DNA of 64,000 nt from Bdellovibrionales bacterium (GCA_040380025.1 JBEIJY010000001.1:96001-160000), one strand, 5' to 3'. Positions 31,022-41,039 are shown, counted from the first letter of the stretch. Notes: generated by a model not told the origin, from the sequence alone. Program-made: numbers and translations.

Positions 31022-32611
31022 ATGCGGATCGCGATCGTCGATCTCGGTACGAATTCCATCCGTTTTGATGTTCATGAGGTCTTTGCGAACCGCAAAGGTG
31101 TCATTCAGCATCGTCGTCTTTACCGTGAGAAAATCATGGTTCGCCTCGGGCAGAACCTGTTCTTGAACGGGAGCCTGAGCGCAGAAAGCAAACGCCGCAC
31201 CCTTGAGGCAATCCGGTCCTTCAAACAGACCATGGAGGCGCTCTCGGTGCACAAGACCGTGGCCTTCGGGACTGCGGCCGTCCGCGATGCCTCGGACGGC
31301 GAAGCGTTCCTGAGAGAAGTCCGACAAAAGACCGGCGTTCAAATCGAGATGATCACCGGGGCCGAAGAAGCGGCTCTGATTGCGAAGGGGATCCTGAACA
31401 ACGAGACCCGATCGCCGAAGGGCATTTTTGCCTTGGTGGACATCGGTGGCGGAAGCACCGAGATCATCGTCTGCAAGGGAAAACAAATCCTCCACTCCCA
31501 CAGCTTCAACCTGGGGGTCGCAAAACTTCAGCAGGTGTTTTTGAAGACCCAGCCGCCCGTGCGCGAGAAGGATCATCCGCAGGATCCGGTGACGGAGCTT
31601 CGGAATTTCATCAAGAGCGTGATTCTCCCCCACATTCTGATCGATCACTGGCCCAAGGTGCCGACCATTCTGGGCTCCTCTGGCAGCATCCTTGCGCTCG
31701 CACGGCTGGTGAACCAGGACAAGGAGCTCGGAGAAAAGCCATTCGAACGGAAGAACCTGAGCCGAATGGTCCAAGAGATCAAGACCAAGACCACGGCCGA
31801 GCTTCTTTCGATGAAGGGCATGGATCCGAAGCGTGTTGACTTGATTCTGGCGGGCGGGATCCTTCTGGACGAGATCGCCCAGCTCCTCGGCACCAAAGAG
31901 ATTCGCACGACTCCCTTTGCCCTTCGCGATGGCATTCTGGAAGACGAGCTGGCCCGGTTTGCCGGGCGCATGGACCGGACGGCGCAGTTCTCGATTTCAG
32001 AGATCGAGCAGCGGGTCCGCGCCTGGGGTGTGGACCTCGGGCACGCCAAAAAAGTAGCCCTGCATGCGGAGTTCCTGTTTGACCACCTGAAGCCCGTTCA
32101 CAAGCTGAAGCCCGAATGGCGGCCGTACCTTTCGGCCGCGGCCCTTTTGCACGATGTCGGCGAGACGATCAGCCACGCCCATCATGCGGAGCACTCGGAA
32201 TACATGGTGAGGAATGCGAATTTCATCGGCATGCATGCCTGGGAGGCGAACTTCATCGCAGGCCTGTGCCGGCTCCATAAAGAAGAAAAACTGCTCGAGA
32301 AGAAGAGCGACAAGAAGATCCCGTTTCCGAAACGGGATGAGCTTCGCACGCCTTTTTTGGGGCTTTTGTCTCTTCTTCAGATCGCCGATTCGTGCGACCG
32401 GACCCACAAGGGCTCGCTCCGGATCCTGCGGGCGAAAGTCTCCGCCCGGCGGGTGGACCTCGACTTCACCTCGAAAGGCCCCTCGGATCTGGAACTGTTG
32501 CGATTTGATCAAAAGAAGGCTCTTTTCGAGCACCTCTTCGGGCGCGAGATCCATCTTGCGCGACGGAAAGAAAACAAAAAAGCCCGCGCAGTGACTGCGC
32601 GGGCTTCTTGA
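31022..32611 (+). CDS. ppx: Ppx/GppA exopolyphosphatase with HD domain
   Basis: IVDLGTNS, GTAAVRDA, ITGAEEA, DIGGGSTE, ALRDG, LLHDVG. Confidence 0.93.
   Translation: MRIAIVDLGTNSIRFDVHEVFANRKGVIQHRRLYREKIMVRLGQNLFLNGSLSAESKRRTLEAIRSFKQTMEALSVHKTVAFGTAAVRDASDGEAFLREVRQKTGVQIEMITGAEEAALIAKGILNNETRSPKGIFALVDIGGGSTEIIVCKGKQILHSHSFNLGVAKLQQVFLKTQPPVREKDHPQDPVTELRNFIKSVILPHILIDHWPKVPTILGSSGSILALARLVNQDKELGEKPFERKNLSRMVQEIKTKTTAELLSMKGMDPKRVDLILAGGILLDEIAQLLGTKEIRTTPFALRDGILEDELARFAGRMDRTAQFSISEIEQRVRAWGVDLGHAKKVALHAEFLFDHLKPVHKLKPEWRPYLSAAALLHDVGETISHAHHAEHSEYMVRNANFIGMHAWEANFIAGLCRLHKEEKLLEKKSDKKIPFPKRDELRTPFLGLLSLLQIADSCDRTHKGSLRILRAKVSARRVDLDFTSKGPSDLELLRFDQKKALFEHLFGREIHLARRKENKKARAVTARAS
32575..32609. 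terminator. Hairpin terminator (U tract on the minus strand)
   Basis: aaaaaagcccgcgcag-tga-ctgcgcgggctt overlapping the ppx 3' end. Confidence 0.7.
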
Positions 32612-32700
32612 AAGATGGTACAGATGAGCTGGGAAAAACAAGCTTCGTTGGGATTGGGGGAGGGGAGGATGAACACTCGCCATTCCCAGATCATCTGTAA
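32575..32700 (-). ncRNA. Candidate sRNA with C-rich anti-SD loop
   Basis: 17-bp stem 32619-32635/32683-32699 (1 mismatch) enclosing UCCUCCCCUCCCCC on the minus strand, followed by an intrinsic terminator; no convincing ORF. Confidence 0.45.
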
Positions 32701-32824
32701 CTTTGCTTGCGGTACCGGAGTGCCGCAGAACTTTGGTATGAACGCAATCTGCCAGAATTCAGGCTTCAGTGATAATTATTGTTTTTGATTGCGCAAATTC
32801 AAATTCCCTAATCAATTGAAAAAG

Positions 32825-34165
32825 ATGACAAAACCAGAGCAACTAAAAAAAACCCCCGGATATTGGCCGATTCTGATCACGAGCGCGACCAGCTACCTCG
32901 GACAATCCTTCATGCAGGTGGTGGACCTGTTTTTTTGCCGCGACCTCGGAAGCACGGCCTCCGCCACAGTGGGCACCTCCTCGACCTTCTTTGCGTGGTT
33001 CATGATCCTCGGAACTGCGATCTCATCGAGCCTGGAGTACCTGATCCCGCACGCGCTCGGTGCGAAAGAAGAGAAAAAGGCGGGGGAGTATTTCTTCTCG
33101 GGAACAGCGCTGGTCCTCGGAATCAGCCTAATCAGCATGGCGGGGATGGTTCTTCTTGCCCGCATGGGATCGCTCTACGGCATGAACCCAGAAATCGCGA
33201 CCTCGGTCGAGGGATTCAGTTCGATTCTGGCACTGAGCTTGTTTCCGACATTCATGATCCCCCTCGTTCGGATCGAGCTGCAGTCCCGAGGATTTCCGAA
33301 TGACACTCTGTATGCGTTTCTGATCGGAAACGTGTTGAATGCATTTTTGAACTGGTCGCTCATTTACGGCCATGCGGGCTTTCCCGCTCTCGGCGTGAAC
33401 GGCTCGGCCTGGTCGACCGCCCTCTCGCGGACCGGGATTCTTTTGTTTCTTTTGTACCGGCTCTTCGCCTCGCAAAAACGATCCCACCCCTTCCCTCCCC
33501 TTCACGAGGTTCGCTGGAAGCTCAGGATCAAGACGATTCTTCGCATGGGTCTGCCCTCGGCGTTTCACCTGTTGTTCGAGATCGGGGCCTTCATTCTGGT
33601 CAGCCTTCTTGCCTCAAGACTCAGCACCGCCGAAACCGCGGCCCACGCGATCGCGATCACGATCGCGAGCTTGATCTTCATGCTTCCGGCCGGAATGAGT
33701 TCGGCCGCGGCCCTGACCATGGGCCGGAAGATGGGCGAGAATCTTCCGCGTGAGGGTACCGCCCTTGGTGACCGCACCCTGCTCGTGGGATTCGGCTACG
33801 CGACCCTGAGCTCGGCAATGTTGCTGTTTTTCAGGCATGAGCTGATCGGATTTTTCACGAATGATCCGGGGGCGGCGTCGGTCACGACCTCGCTCCTTTT
33901 CATCACGGCGATTTTTCAGTTCGGCGATGTGTTCCAGGCGATCCTCTCGGGGTGCATCCGGGGCTTCGGCGAAACCACCATGCAAGCCAAGGCGAACGGG
34001 ATCGGTCACTGGTTTTTTGGAATTCCAGCGGGACTTTATTTTTGTTTTTATCGAAACCTCGGGGTTCAAGGGCTCTGGGGCGGGCTCTGCATCGGGCTTT
34101 TTGTCGTCGCCCTGATTCTGGCAGTCCGTTACCGGAATCTTACGCGTCCGCACCGCGGGATTTGA
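32825..34165 (+). CDS. MATE family efflux transporter
   Basis: About 12 TM segments; GFPALGVNGSAW, AAHAIA, FQFGD.FQ...GCIRG, GVQGLW.GL. Confidence 0.9.
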   Translation: MTKPEQLKKTPGYWPILITSATSYLGQSFMQVVDLFFCRDLGSTASATVGTSSTFFAWFMILGTAISSSLEYLIPHALGAKEEKKAGEYFFSGTALVLGISLISMAGMVLLARMGSLYGMNPEIATSVEGFSSILALSLFPTFMIPLVRIELQSRGFPNDTLYAFLIGNVLNAFLNWSLIYGHAGFPALGVNGSAWSTALSRTGILLFLLYRLFASQKRSHPFPPLHEVRWKLRIKTILRMGLPSAFHLLFEIGAFILVSLLASRLSTAETAAHAIAITIASLIFMLPAGMSSAAALTMGRKMGENLPREGTALGDRTLLVGFGYATLSSAMLLFFRHELIGFFTNDPGAASVTTSLLFITAIFQFGDVFQAILSGCIRGFGETTMQAKANGIGHWFFGIPAGLYFCFYRNLGVQGLWGGLCIGLFVVALILAVRYRNLTRPHRGI

Positions 34166-35246
34166 GCTCATCGGGAAGAAGCCGCAGGGAATTGCTCCTG
34201 AGAATCTCGAACCCGTCCTGCGAAAACACCATCGGGACCAGCGCAAGCGGCATTCCCGGATGAGCGCGCCTTACCTGCTCTGCGGCGCTTTGGCACCGGT
34301 CGGCACGGGCGTTGCCGTGATCCCGCAGGAGTTCGACTTTGGCTCGAAGCCCGGAATCCAAGGACTCGAGCTCGGGCCAGGGGCCTCCCTCGGCTTCTTC
34401 GATTTGGTTCAGAACAATGGCCTGAAGCGCAATTCCCTTTTGCTCCAGGAATCCGGCAAGGCCCTCGAGCTCCAAAAGGGGCGTGGATTCGGTCGTTCCC
34501 ACCGCAATCACCCCCACGGAGCGATCGGCAAAAAATGCGGCAAGCTTCCCGCAGCGATCGAGGATCCGGTCACGAAGCGAGACGAACGTCTCGAAAAAGA
34601 GCGTGCTCTCGCGGAAGAGCGGAGCACCCAGGAGCTTCTCGACCCAAGCAAAGGACAATACGGTTTTGAACCAGGCGTTTTTTTTGGGAAGAAAAATCTG
34701 GAACACACGGCTCTCCATGAGATTCCGGATCTTGTCGGGTGCATTGAAAAACTCCTTGGCATGAAATGCCGGAGGAGTATCGAGCACGATCAGATCATAG
34801 CGGTCCTCGGTGAGCATGCGGGTGACCCACTCATAGGCCGTGTACTCCTGAAGCCCGTGGATCATCTGGGTCATCTCGCGATACAAAACCGTGCTTCGAA
34901 GCGATTGAGCGGTCGAGGGACTCAGGGTTTGATCGATGATCTGATCGATCACATACTTCGGGTTCAGGATCGCAACCGAGAGATTCGCGCTTGCGGGAAG
35001 CCCGAGCGATTCCTTCACCCGGGAAGAAAGCACAATCGGCTCGCCGCCTTCTTGCAAAAGCGCATCGGTGTACCCGAAGGCCTGAAGGAGCCTGCGTGCG
35101 GGATCGATCGTGAGCACCAGTACCCGCGGCCGGATTCGCGCGGCCGCGATCGCAAGACTTGCCGAGATGGTGGTTTTTCCCACCCCACCGCCGCCGCACA
35201 CCATGATGCATCGCTTTTCTGCGAGAAGATCCCGAAGATTCATCAC
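34140..35246 (-). CDS. ArsA/GET3-like ATPase (subunit 2)
   Basis: CGGGGVGKTT, LTIDPARRL, YDLIVLDTPP. Confidence 0.85.
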   Translation of the reverse strand: MMNLRDLLAEKRCIMVCGGGGVGKTTISASLAIAAARIRPRVLVLTIDPARRLLQAFGYTDALLQEGGEPIVLSSRVKESLGLPASANLSVAILNPKYVIDQIIDQTLSPSTAQSLRSTVLYREMTQMIHGLQEYTAYEWVTRMLTEDRYDLIVLDTPPAFHAKEFFNAPDKIRNLMESRVFQIFLPKKNAWFKTVLSFAWVEKLLGAPLFRESTLFFETFVSLRDRILDRCGKLAAFFADRSVGVIAVGTTESTPLLELEGLAGFLEQKGIALQAIVLNQIEEAEGGPWPELESLDSGLRAKVELLRDHGNARADRCQSAAEQVRRAHPGMPLALVPMVFSQDGFEILRSNSLRLLPDELKSRGADA

Positions 35247-36163
35247 GCAGTGCGGATCCGATATGCGAGGTCGGGCTCCTCGCGGGGATTGAATACCTCG
35301 GGCGCAACCCAGAGTCCGAGGTTCCGTCCGTCGCTTGCCGGGAGTTCGCTTGCGAGACGGTTTTTGGCTTCGCGAAACCTGCGAATCCGCTCGAGCTCGA
35401 CCATGAGCTTTCGCGTTTTGCTCTTTTGGCTCAACGCTTCGAGTACCTTTTCTTCGGCCTCGGTGAACGGGTTGAAAGGCGCACGATTCAGAATAAAACC
35501 GCCGATCGGGAGCGACTCCCGGACCAGCAGGGATTTGAGTTCGATCGCCTCGCTCACGGGAAGCTCCTGGGGAAGTGTGGCGATGAACACCGCCGCACGA
35601 TCGGGATCGAGCAAGTATCGCTGCCCCTCTTTCATGCGCTCGGCGATCGGCCCGAAGGGAATCATTTTGAGCAAAAGCGCGGGAAGTCGTGCCAGGCCCA
35701 AAAAATGTCCGGTGGCGGGGAGATCAAGAATGATGCAGTCATAGTCGGCGCGCATCTGGAGCAGGAGATGATAAAAAAAACCCATCTCGCGGAACGAAGG
35801 CGCTCCCTCGAGAAACCACTTCACGCCTTGATGACCAAGAACCATCTGCGAAAGGGTTCCGAGCTTCAGGAACGAAGTCAGAAACCGCTCCTGCCCGACC
35901 TTGGCCGAGAGGCACAACCCGTGAAGATTCGCGTCGAGGGGCTCGGGTTCGATCTTGAAGTGGCGGAGACCGAAGTTCCCCGCCAAGGCGGAATCCCAGC
36001 CGGAATCGTCTTCGATTTCGATCAGAAGAGTCTTTTTTCCTTCTTTCGCGGCGGCTTTGGCGATCGAGGCCGAAAGCGTGGTCCGCCCCGTGCCGCCTTT
36101 TCCCGAGATGAGGTTGATCCGTTTCAGGCTGGCGAGAATCGTGTTGGTAGCGTCGATGCCCAT
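35243..36163 (-). CDS. ArsA/GET3-like ATPase (subunit 1)
   Basis: SGKGGTGRTT, YDCIILDLPATGH, TLPQELPVSE. Confidence 0.85.
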   Translation of the reverse strand: MGIDATNTILASLKRINLISGKGGTGRTTLSASIAKAAAKEGKKTLLIEIEDDSGWDSALAGNFGLRHFKIEPEPLDANLHGLCLSAKVGQERFLTSFLKLGTLSQMVLGHQGVKWFLEGAPSFREMGFFYHLLLQMRADYDCIILDLPATGHFLGLARLPALLLKMIPFGPIAERMKEGQRYLLDPDRAAVFIATLPQELPVSEAIELKSLLVRESLPIGGFILNRAPFNPFTEAEEKVLEALSQKSKTRKLMVELERIRRFREAKNRLASELPASDGRNLGLWVAPEVFNPREEPDLAYRIRTA

Positions 36164-36236
36164 GCTGGCGCCCCTCCCATTCCGTCCACGGTAGCGACCG
36201 CTTGACGGACTTGCAACCCTGAAATACCAAAAAGGG

Positions 36237-37157
36237 ATGGATCTTTTTGAGAAAATCGCCCGTTTGAAGCGCGAAAAAAACGCGGTCATCCTTGCCCACT
36301 ACTACCAGGATCCGGACATCCAGGACGTGGCGGACTTCATCGGAGACAGCCTCGAGCTCGCCCGAGCCGCGGAGCGGTCTACGGCGGATTTGATTTGCTT
36401 TGCGGGCGTGCATTTCATGGCCGAGGGCGCGAAGATTCTGAACCCAGGGCGGAAGGTCGTGCTTCCGGATTTGAGAGCCGGGTGTTCGCTCTCGGATTCC
36501 TGCCCGCCCGCGCGGCTCCGGGAGTTCAAAGAAAAAAACCCCGATCACTTCGTGGTGAGCTACATCAACTGCTCGGCCGAGATCAAGGCCTTGAGTGATG
36601 TGATTTGCACCTCCTCGAATGCCTTGCGGATTGTGGAGCGCGCTCCGAAGGATCGACCGATCCTGTTCGCACCGGACCGGAACCTAGGTGCGTGGGTCAT
36701 GAAGCAAACCGGTCGCGAGATGACGCTCTGGCAAGGAAGCTGCATTGTGCATGAGACGTTTTCGGAGCGGAAGATCATTGATTTGAAAACCGCGCATCCG
36801 GCGGCGAAGCTGATCGCCCACCCCGAGTGCGAGGCGAGCCTGTTGAAGTCGGCGGATTTCATCGGGAGCACGAGCCAGCTGTTGAAGTATGTCTGCGACA
36901 GCCCCGAGCGCGAGTTCATCGTCGCGACCGAAGCGGGAATCCTGCACCAGATGGGCAAGCGCGCGCCAGGGAAGATTCTGATTCCCGCTCCGCCGAACCA
37001 GAACTGCGCGTGCAACGAGTGCCCCTTCATGAAGCTGAACACGCTCGAGAAAATCGCCTCGTGCCTCGAGAACGAGACCCCCGAGATCGAGGTTCGGGTC
37101 GAGGTGCAAGAGAAGGCGCGACAGGCGCTCGCGCGAATGCTCGAGTGGTCGGTTTAA
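36237..37157 (+). CDS. nadA: Quinolinate synthase A
   Basis: [45 protein letters not shown]. Confidence 0.96.
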   Translation: MDLFEKIARLKREKNAVILAHYYQDPDIQDVADFIGDSLELARAAERSTADLICFAGVHFMAEGAKILNPGRKVVLPDLRAGCSLSDSCPPARLREFKEKNPDHFVVSYINCSAEIKALSDVICTSSNALRIVERAPKDRPILFAPDRNLGAWVMKQTGREMTLWQGSCIVHETFSERKIIDLKTAHPAAKLIAHPECEASLLKSADFIGSTSQLLKYVCDSPEREFIVATEAGILHQMGKRAPGKILIPAPPNQNCACNECPFMKLNTLEKIASCLENETPEIEVRVEVQEKARQALARMLEWSV

Positions 37158-37221
37158 GTCTGCTTGTTTTCTTCGCTTTGCTTGATTTTCATTCTTGAAG
37201 ACTAGGAGGAGATCACCCCCC

Positions 37222-37422
37222 ATTCGTGTATTGCCTCCGAGCCCTCTGAACGATCAATCAAGCAATCAAGGGGAAGCCCAATCATGCCTGATCCAGAAGG
37301 GGTGGTGCCAGACAGAAAAGAGGTTTGGCCGACTCTCGCGAGCCAGGATGGCGAGAGCGAGGCCGGAGGACCCGGCTCGGAGGCAAAAACGGAATCATTC
37401 CATCCTCTTCTGCCGCTCCCGC
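37222..37422. repeat. Structured intergenic repeat (REP/MITE-like), homologous to 62591-62686
   Basis: 13-bp inverted repeat 37231-37243/37374-37386; 37329-37422 aligns with the reverse complement of 62591-62686. Confidence 0.75.
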
Positions 37423-37462
37423 TCCATCTCAAAGCACAATCAAAGGGGGCAGTTCGGAAAGC

Positions 37463-37894
37463 TTACTCCCGCACCGTCTCGGCCGGACTTCCGAGGTAGT
37501 GCGCCTCGCTCGCGGTGTTGTTGTCGCGGATCACGACCCGGGTCGAAAGATCGCGGTAGGTGGAGATCTCGATCTCGGAGTTCTTGCTGGTTGCGAACAC
37601 GCGAATCAGCTGGCCCTCGTGGACCTGGAGATTCGAGATCTGGAAGGTCGAGTAGCGAGTCCGCTCGAGGCAGGGAAGGCCCTCGTGGCACTCGTTCGGA
37701 ACCGGCAGGTGAACGAGGAAGTCGGTGGTGTCGATGTAGAGCGTCTGCTGGCGGGCACCGGCGGACTGGTCACGGGCCCCGGAGAGGGCATCGGGCTGGG
37801 AGAGGGAAATCTGGTAGAGCTCGGCCGATGCGGTCTGTCCGGTCAGGGTTGAGGTGATGAGGGCGGCTGCGATCAGAGCGATGATGGTTTTCAT
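37463..37894 (-). CDS. Hypothetical secreted protein
   Basis: MKTIIALIAAALITSTLTGQTASA signal; AAGGA RBS. Confidence 0.7.
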   Translation of the reverse strand: MKTIIALIAAALITSTLTGQTASAELYQISLSQPDALSGARDQSAGARQQTLYIDTTDFLVHLPVPNECHEGLPCLERTRYSTFQISNLQVHEGQLIRVFATSKNSEIEISTYRDLSTRVVIRDNNTASEAHYLGSPAETVRE

Positions 37895-37970
37895 GGATTC
37901 CTTGTCTCCTGGAATCCGTTGTATCGGGAACCGGCAAAAAAGATAAATTAATAGTATTTACGAATATCAA

Positions 37971-38807
37971 TCAATTTGACTGATGAGGTTCGGCCGGTGT
38001 CTCTGCTCCCGGCTTCGAGCCGTTCTCTTTGATCGTCTGCCGGATCAGATTGCGCATGATCCGGTTCCGGTTCACCTGGCCGACGAGGGATTTCGCGTCG
38101 TCGTAGAGCCCGGGATCGTTGATGAACGCGCCCATGCTGCCGCGCCCTTGGTCGATTTTCTCGAGAATCGAGTTCAGGTGGTTGACCGAGGACTTGAGCT
38201 TCATCTGGCTCATCTCCTCGTTCAGGCGGGAGGTGAGATCGGTGATGTTCTTCGAGGTCGTGGCGAGGGAGTGGAAAAACTGCTCGGCGCGGTTTCCGCG
38301 GTTGAATGCGGTCAGGATCCGGTCGAGGTTCTCGGCGGTCGAGGTGAGCCGTTGCACGAGCTGGTCGCTCGAGGTGATGATTTGTGAAAGATCATTGCTC
38401 TTGCCCTGCGGGATCTCGCCCGAGTCCTCGATCAGAGGCTGGGCCGGATCGCCCGGATTCAGCGAGAGGTATTTGTCGCCCAATACGCCCTGGGTGACCA
38501 CCTCGATGGTCGAATCGCGACGCACGTAGGTGGCGTACTCTTTTTCGACCGAGAAGGAGACCTGCATGCCGCGGGTCGCGGGATCGAAGGAAATCTGCGT
38601 GACCGCGCCGACCTGGAGCCCGCCCAAGGTGACCTTCGCGCCGTGAACCAGTCCGTCGACCCGTTCAAAATGGGTGCGATACCGGTTCACCGAGGTGAAC
38701 ACGCTTTGCTTCCCGCCCAGGACGATGATCGAGATCATGGTGATCGCAAGGCCCGCCAGAACGAACAGGCCCACGCGGACTTCGACTTTTTTCTCATCAA
38801 TTCTCAT
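37971..38807 (-). CDS. mlaD: MlaD/MCE family protein
   Basis: VGLFVL TM; GL..GAKVTLGGLQVG.V; QGVLGDKYLSL.PG. Confidence 0.9.
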   Translation of the reverse strand: MRIDEKKVEVRVGLFVLAGLAITMISIIVLGGKQSVFTSVNRYRTHFERVDGLVHGAKVTLGGLQVGAVTQISFDPATRGMQVSFSVEKEYATYVRRDSTIEVVTQGVLGDKYLSLNPGDPAQPLIEDSGEIPQGKSNDLSQIITSSDQLVQRLTSTAENLDRILTAFNRGNRAEQFFHSLATTSKNITDLTSRLNEEMSQMKLKSSVNHLNSILEKIDQGRGSMGAFINDPGLYDDAKSLVGQVNRNRIMRNLIRQTIKENGSKPGAETPAEPHQSN

Positions 38808-39559
38808 CGGATATGTGCTCCTGTTGTGAAGGATTTCACCAAAGCGTGATCGGAATGCCTCATTTCGTCGATGCCCATGACGAGCTCGATCCGCCCCTGG
38901 TTCAGGATCGCGATGCGATCGCAGATCTCGAATGCGGCGGGAATGTCATGGGTGACGAAGATCCCGGTCATGCCGCGTCTCTTGAACGCAAGGATGTTCT
39001 GCAGAAGGCGGGCCGTGTTCACCGGGTCGAGGCCCGCGGTCGGCTCGTCGAACAGGACCACCTTGGGCTGGAGAATGATCGCACGCGCGAATCCGGCGCG
39101 CTTTTGCATCCCTCCCGAGAGCTCGTTCGGCAGAAGGGAGTTGGCCCCCTTCATGTCGATCATCTCGAGCAGTTCGTCGACGCGCTCCCGGATCTCGGTC
39201 CGGGTCATGTGCGCATGGGCCTGCAGGGGGTAGGCGAGGTTCTCTTCGACCGTGAGGGAGTCGAAGAGCGCGCCGTTCTGGAAGACATACGAAATCCGGG
39301 TGCGGATGTCGAAGAGCTCCCGTTCCGAGAGGGGAACCAGATCCCGTCCCTCGAAGAGGATCTCGCCCTCGTCCGGACGCTCGAGCCCGATGATCGAGCG
39401 GAGGATCACGCTCTTTCCGCTGCCGGACCCGCCGAAGAGACCAAGAATCTCTCCCTCGTGCAGATCGAGGCTCACGCCCCGGTGCACCACTTTCTCGCCG
39501 AAGGATTTCTTCAGGTTCCGCAGGCTCAGGACGACCGGATTGGATTTTTGCTCACTCAT
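38804..39559 (-). CDS. mlaF: MlaF-type ABC ATP-binding protein
   Basis: GGSGSGKS, FQNGALFDSLTV, LSGGMQKR, DEPTAGLDP. Confidence 0.9.
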   Translation of the reverse strand: MSEQKSNPVVLSLRNLKKSFGEKVVHRGVSLDLHEGEILGLFGGSGSGKSVILRSIIGLERPDEGEILFEGRDLVPLSERELFDIRTRISYVFQNGALFDSLTVEENLAYPLQAHAHMTRTEIRERVDELLEMIDMKGANSLLPNELSGGMQKRAGFARAIILQPKVVLFDEPTAGLDPVNTARLLQNILAFKRRGMTGIFVTHDIPAAFEICDRIAILNQGRIELVMGIDEMRHSDHALVKSFTTGAHIR

Positions 39560-39566
39560 GGCGGGG

Positions 39567-40364
39567 TCAGTACCTCGGAAACACCGTGATGATGAAGAAC
39601 TTGGTCAGGAAGAAATCGGCGATCATGATGAAGATCGAGCTCGTGACCACGACCCAGGTCGTGGTTTCGCCGACGCCCTGGGTGCCACCCTCGGTGTTGA
39701 GGCCTTTCCAGCAGGCCGAGATCGCGATGAAAAACGCGAAGACAAGGGTCTTGGCCATGCCCGTGAAGAGATCGGCCAGCGTCAGGGTTTCAAGAATCTT
39801 GGCATAAAAAAAACTGATTCCGATGTTCAGCTCGAATTTTGCGATCAGCATCGCGCCGATCAGGCCCACGTAATCGGCCAGCAGGGTCAGAATCGGAAGC
39901 GCGAGCATGCAGGCGAAAAGCCTTGGAATCACGATCCTCTCGATCGGAGAGGTGCCGAGCGCCCGGATCGCGTCGATCTGCTGGGTCACCTTCATCGAGG
40001 CGATCTCGGAGGCCATGCCCGAGCCGATCCGGCCCGCAACGAGCAGGCTCGTGAACACCGGCCCCATTTCGCGCAAAATCGAAAGAGCGGTGATTTTCGG
40101 CACGTACAGGGTTCCGCCGAAGCGGGCGAGCCCGTAGCCGAACTGGAGTGCCATCACCGAGCCGGTCGCGAGTCCCGTGATCAGGACCAGCAAAAGAGAC
40201 TCGACGCCGATCGCGTATGCTTGCTTCACGATGAGCCGGAAGGGGATGGGCCCGCGAATCGCCTCGCCGAAGGCCTGCCAGCTCAAGGACGCGAATCCTC
40301 CCGCAAAGCGGGTCGCGCTCAGAACTCGAAAACCGATTTTTCCGGGGAGAGTGGATTCGTTCAC
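39567..40364 (-). CDS. mlaE: MlaE-type ABC permease
   Basis: REMGPV...LVAGRIGS..ASEIASMKVTQQIDA; GG..GVG..TT. Confidence 0.92.
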   Translation of the reverse strand: MNESTLPGKIGFRVLSATRFAGGFASLSWQAFGEAIRGPIPFRLIVKQAYAIGVESLLLVLITGLATGSVMALQFGYGLARFGGTLYVPKITALSILREMGPVFTSLLVAGRIGSGMASEIASMKVTQQIDAIRALGTSPIERIVIPRLFACMLALPILTLLADYVGLIGAMLIAKFELNIGISFFYAKILETLTLADLFTGMAKTLVFAFFIAISACWKGLNTEGGTQGVGETTTWVVVTSSIFIMIADFFLTKFFIITVFPRY

Positions 40365-40888
40365 TGGAACTCCACGCTATCACGGAACCCGAGAAATGCG
40401 GAGAGCTCCTGATCGAAGCTCGGGACCGGTCCGAGAAACACCAGGTCGTAGGTGCAGCCGGGAGTGCGAAGCACGAAGGTGCGGATTTTGCGCTCGTTCC
40501 CGAGATAGGTGCCGATGGCGGTGGTTTCTTGAGCGGGAAAGCCGCGAAAGAGCAGGTCTTTCCGCGAAAGAATGGTGAGGCTGTCCCACTGCGAAAGCAG
40601 AAAATCAGTGACTTCGCCGACTCCCCGGAGCTTGTTCGAGGAACTCCGGCAGGCCGAGCTGAGCGAGATCACGGCCGATGTCTTCCCGGACTGCCAGGCG
40701 GCATCGGGAGAGTCGGAATCGGCGTCCGATCCTGCGCGGAGGTCGACTTTCTTCCAGCCCAGGGGCTCGAGGATGGCCGCACCCGCCGATCCGTTGACGG
40801 CCTTCTCTTCGACGGGCTTCACGTGTCCGACCAGGATGCTGCAGGAGCCGAGGAAAAATGCAAAAAGGGGCAGGATCAGCAATCTCAT
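40361..40888 (-). CDS. Lipoprotein heading the mla operon
   Basis: FFLGS|C lipobox; overlaps the mlaE start. Confidence 0.7.
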   Translation of the reverse strand: MRLLILPLFAFFLGSCSILVGHVKPVEEKAVNGSAGAAILEPLGWKKVDLRAGSDADSDSPDAAWQSGKTSAVISLSSACRSSSNKLRGVGEVTDFLLSQWDSLTILSRKDLLFRGFPAQETTAIGTYLGNERKIRTFVLRTPGCTYDLVFLGPVPSFDQELSAFLGFRDSVEFQ

Positions 40889-41039
40889 GGATTCCCTTCG
40901 ATTTTAGGGGAGCGATGCCCGATTGAGAAGGGCAAAAATGGGGAATCTGCAAATCGGGATTGCGGCAGGCTCGGAGAATCTGCAACAATGGGAAAGAAGT
41001 ACCCGGCAATTCACGACTAGGAAGGGAGTGATCGCTACG

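Noticed and set aside
37222..37396. 6S RNA
   Set aside because: Length and closing stem are compatible, but the interior does not form the long rod with central bubble, and part of it is a dispersed repeat; an Infernal search would settle it.
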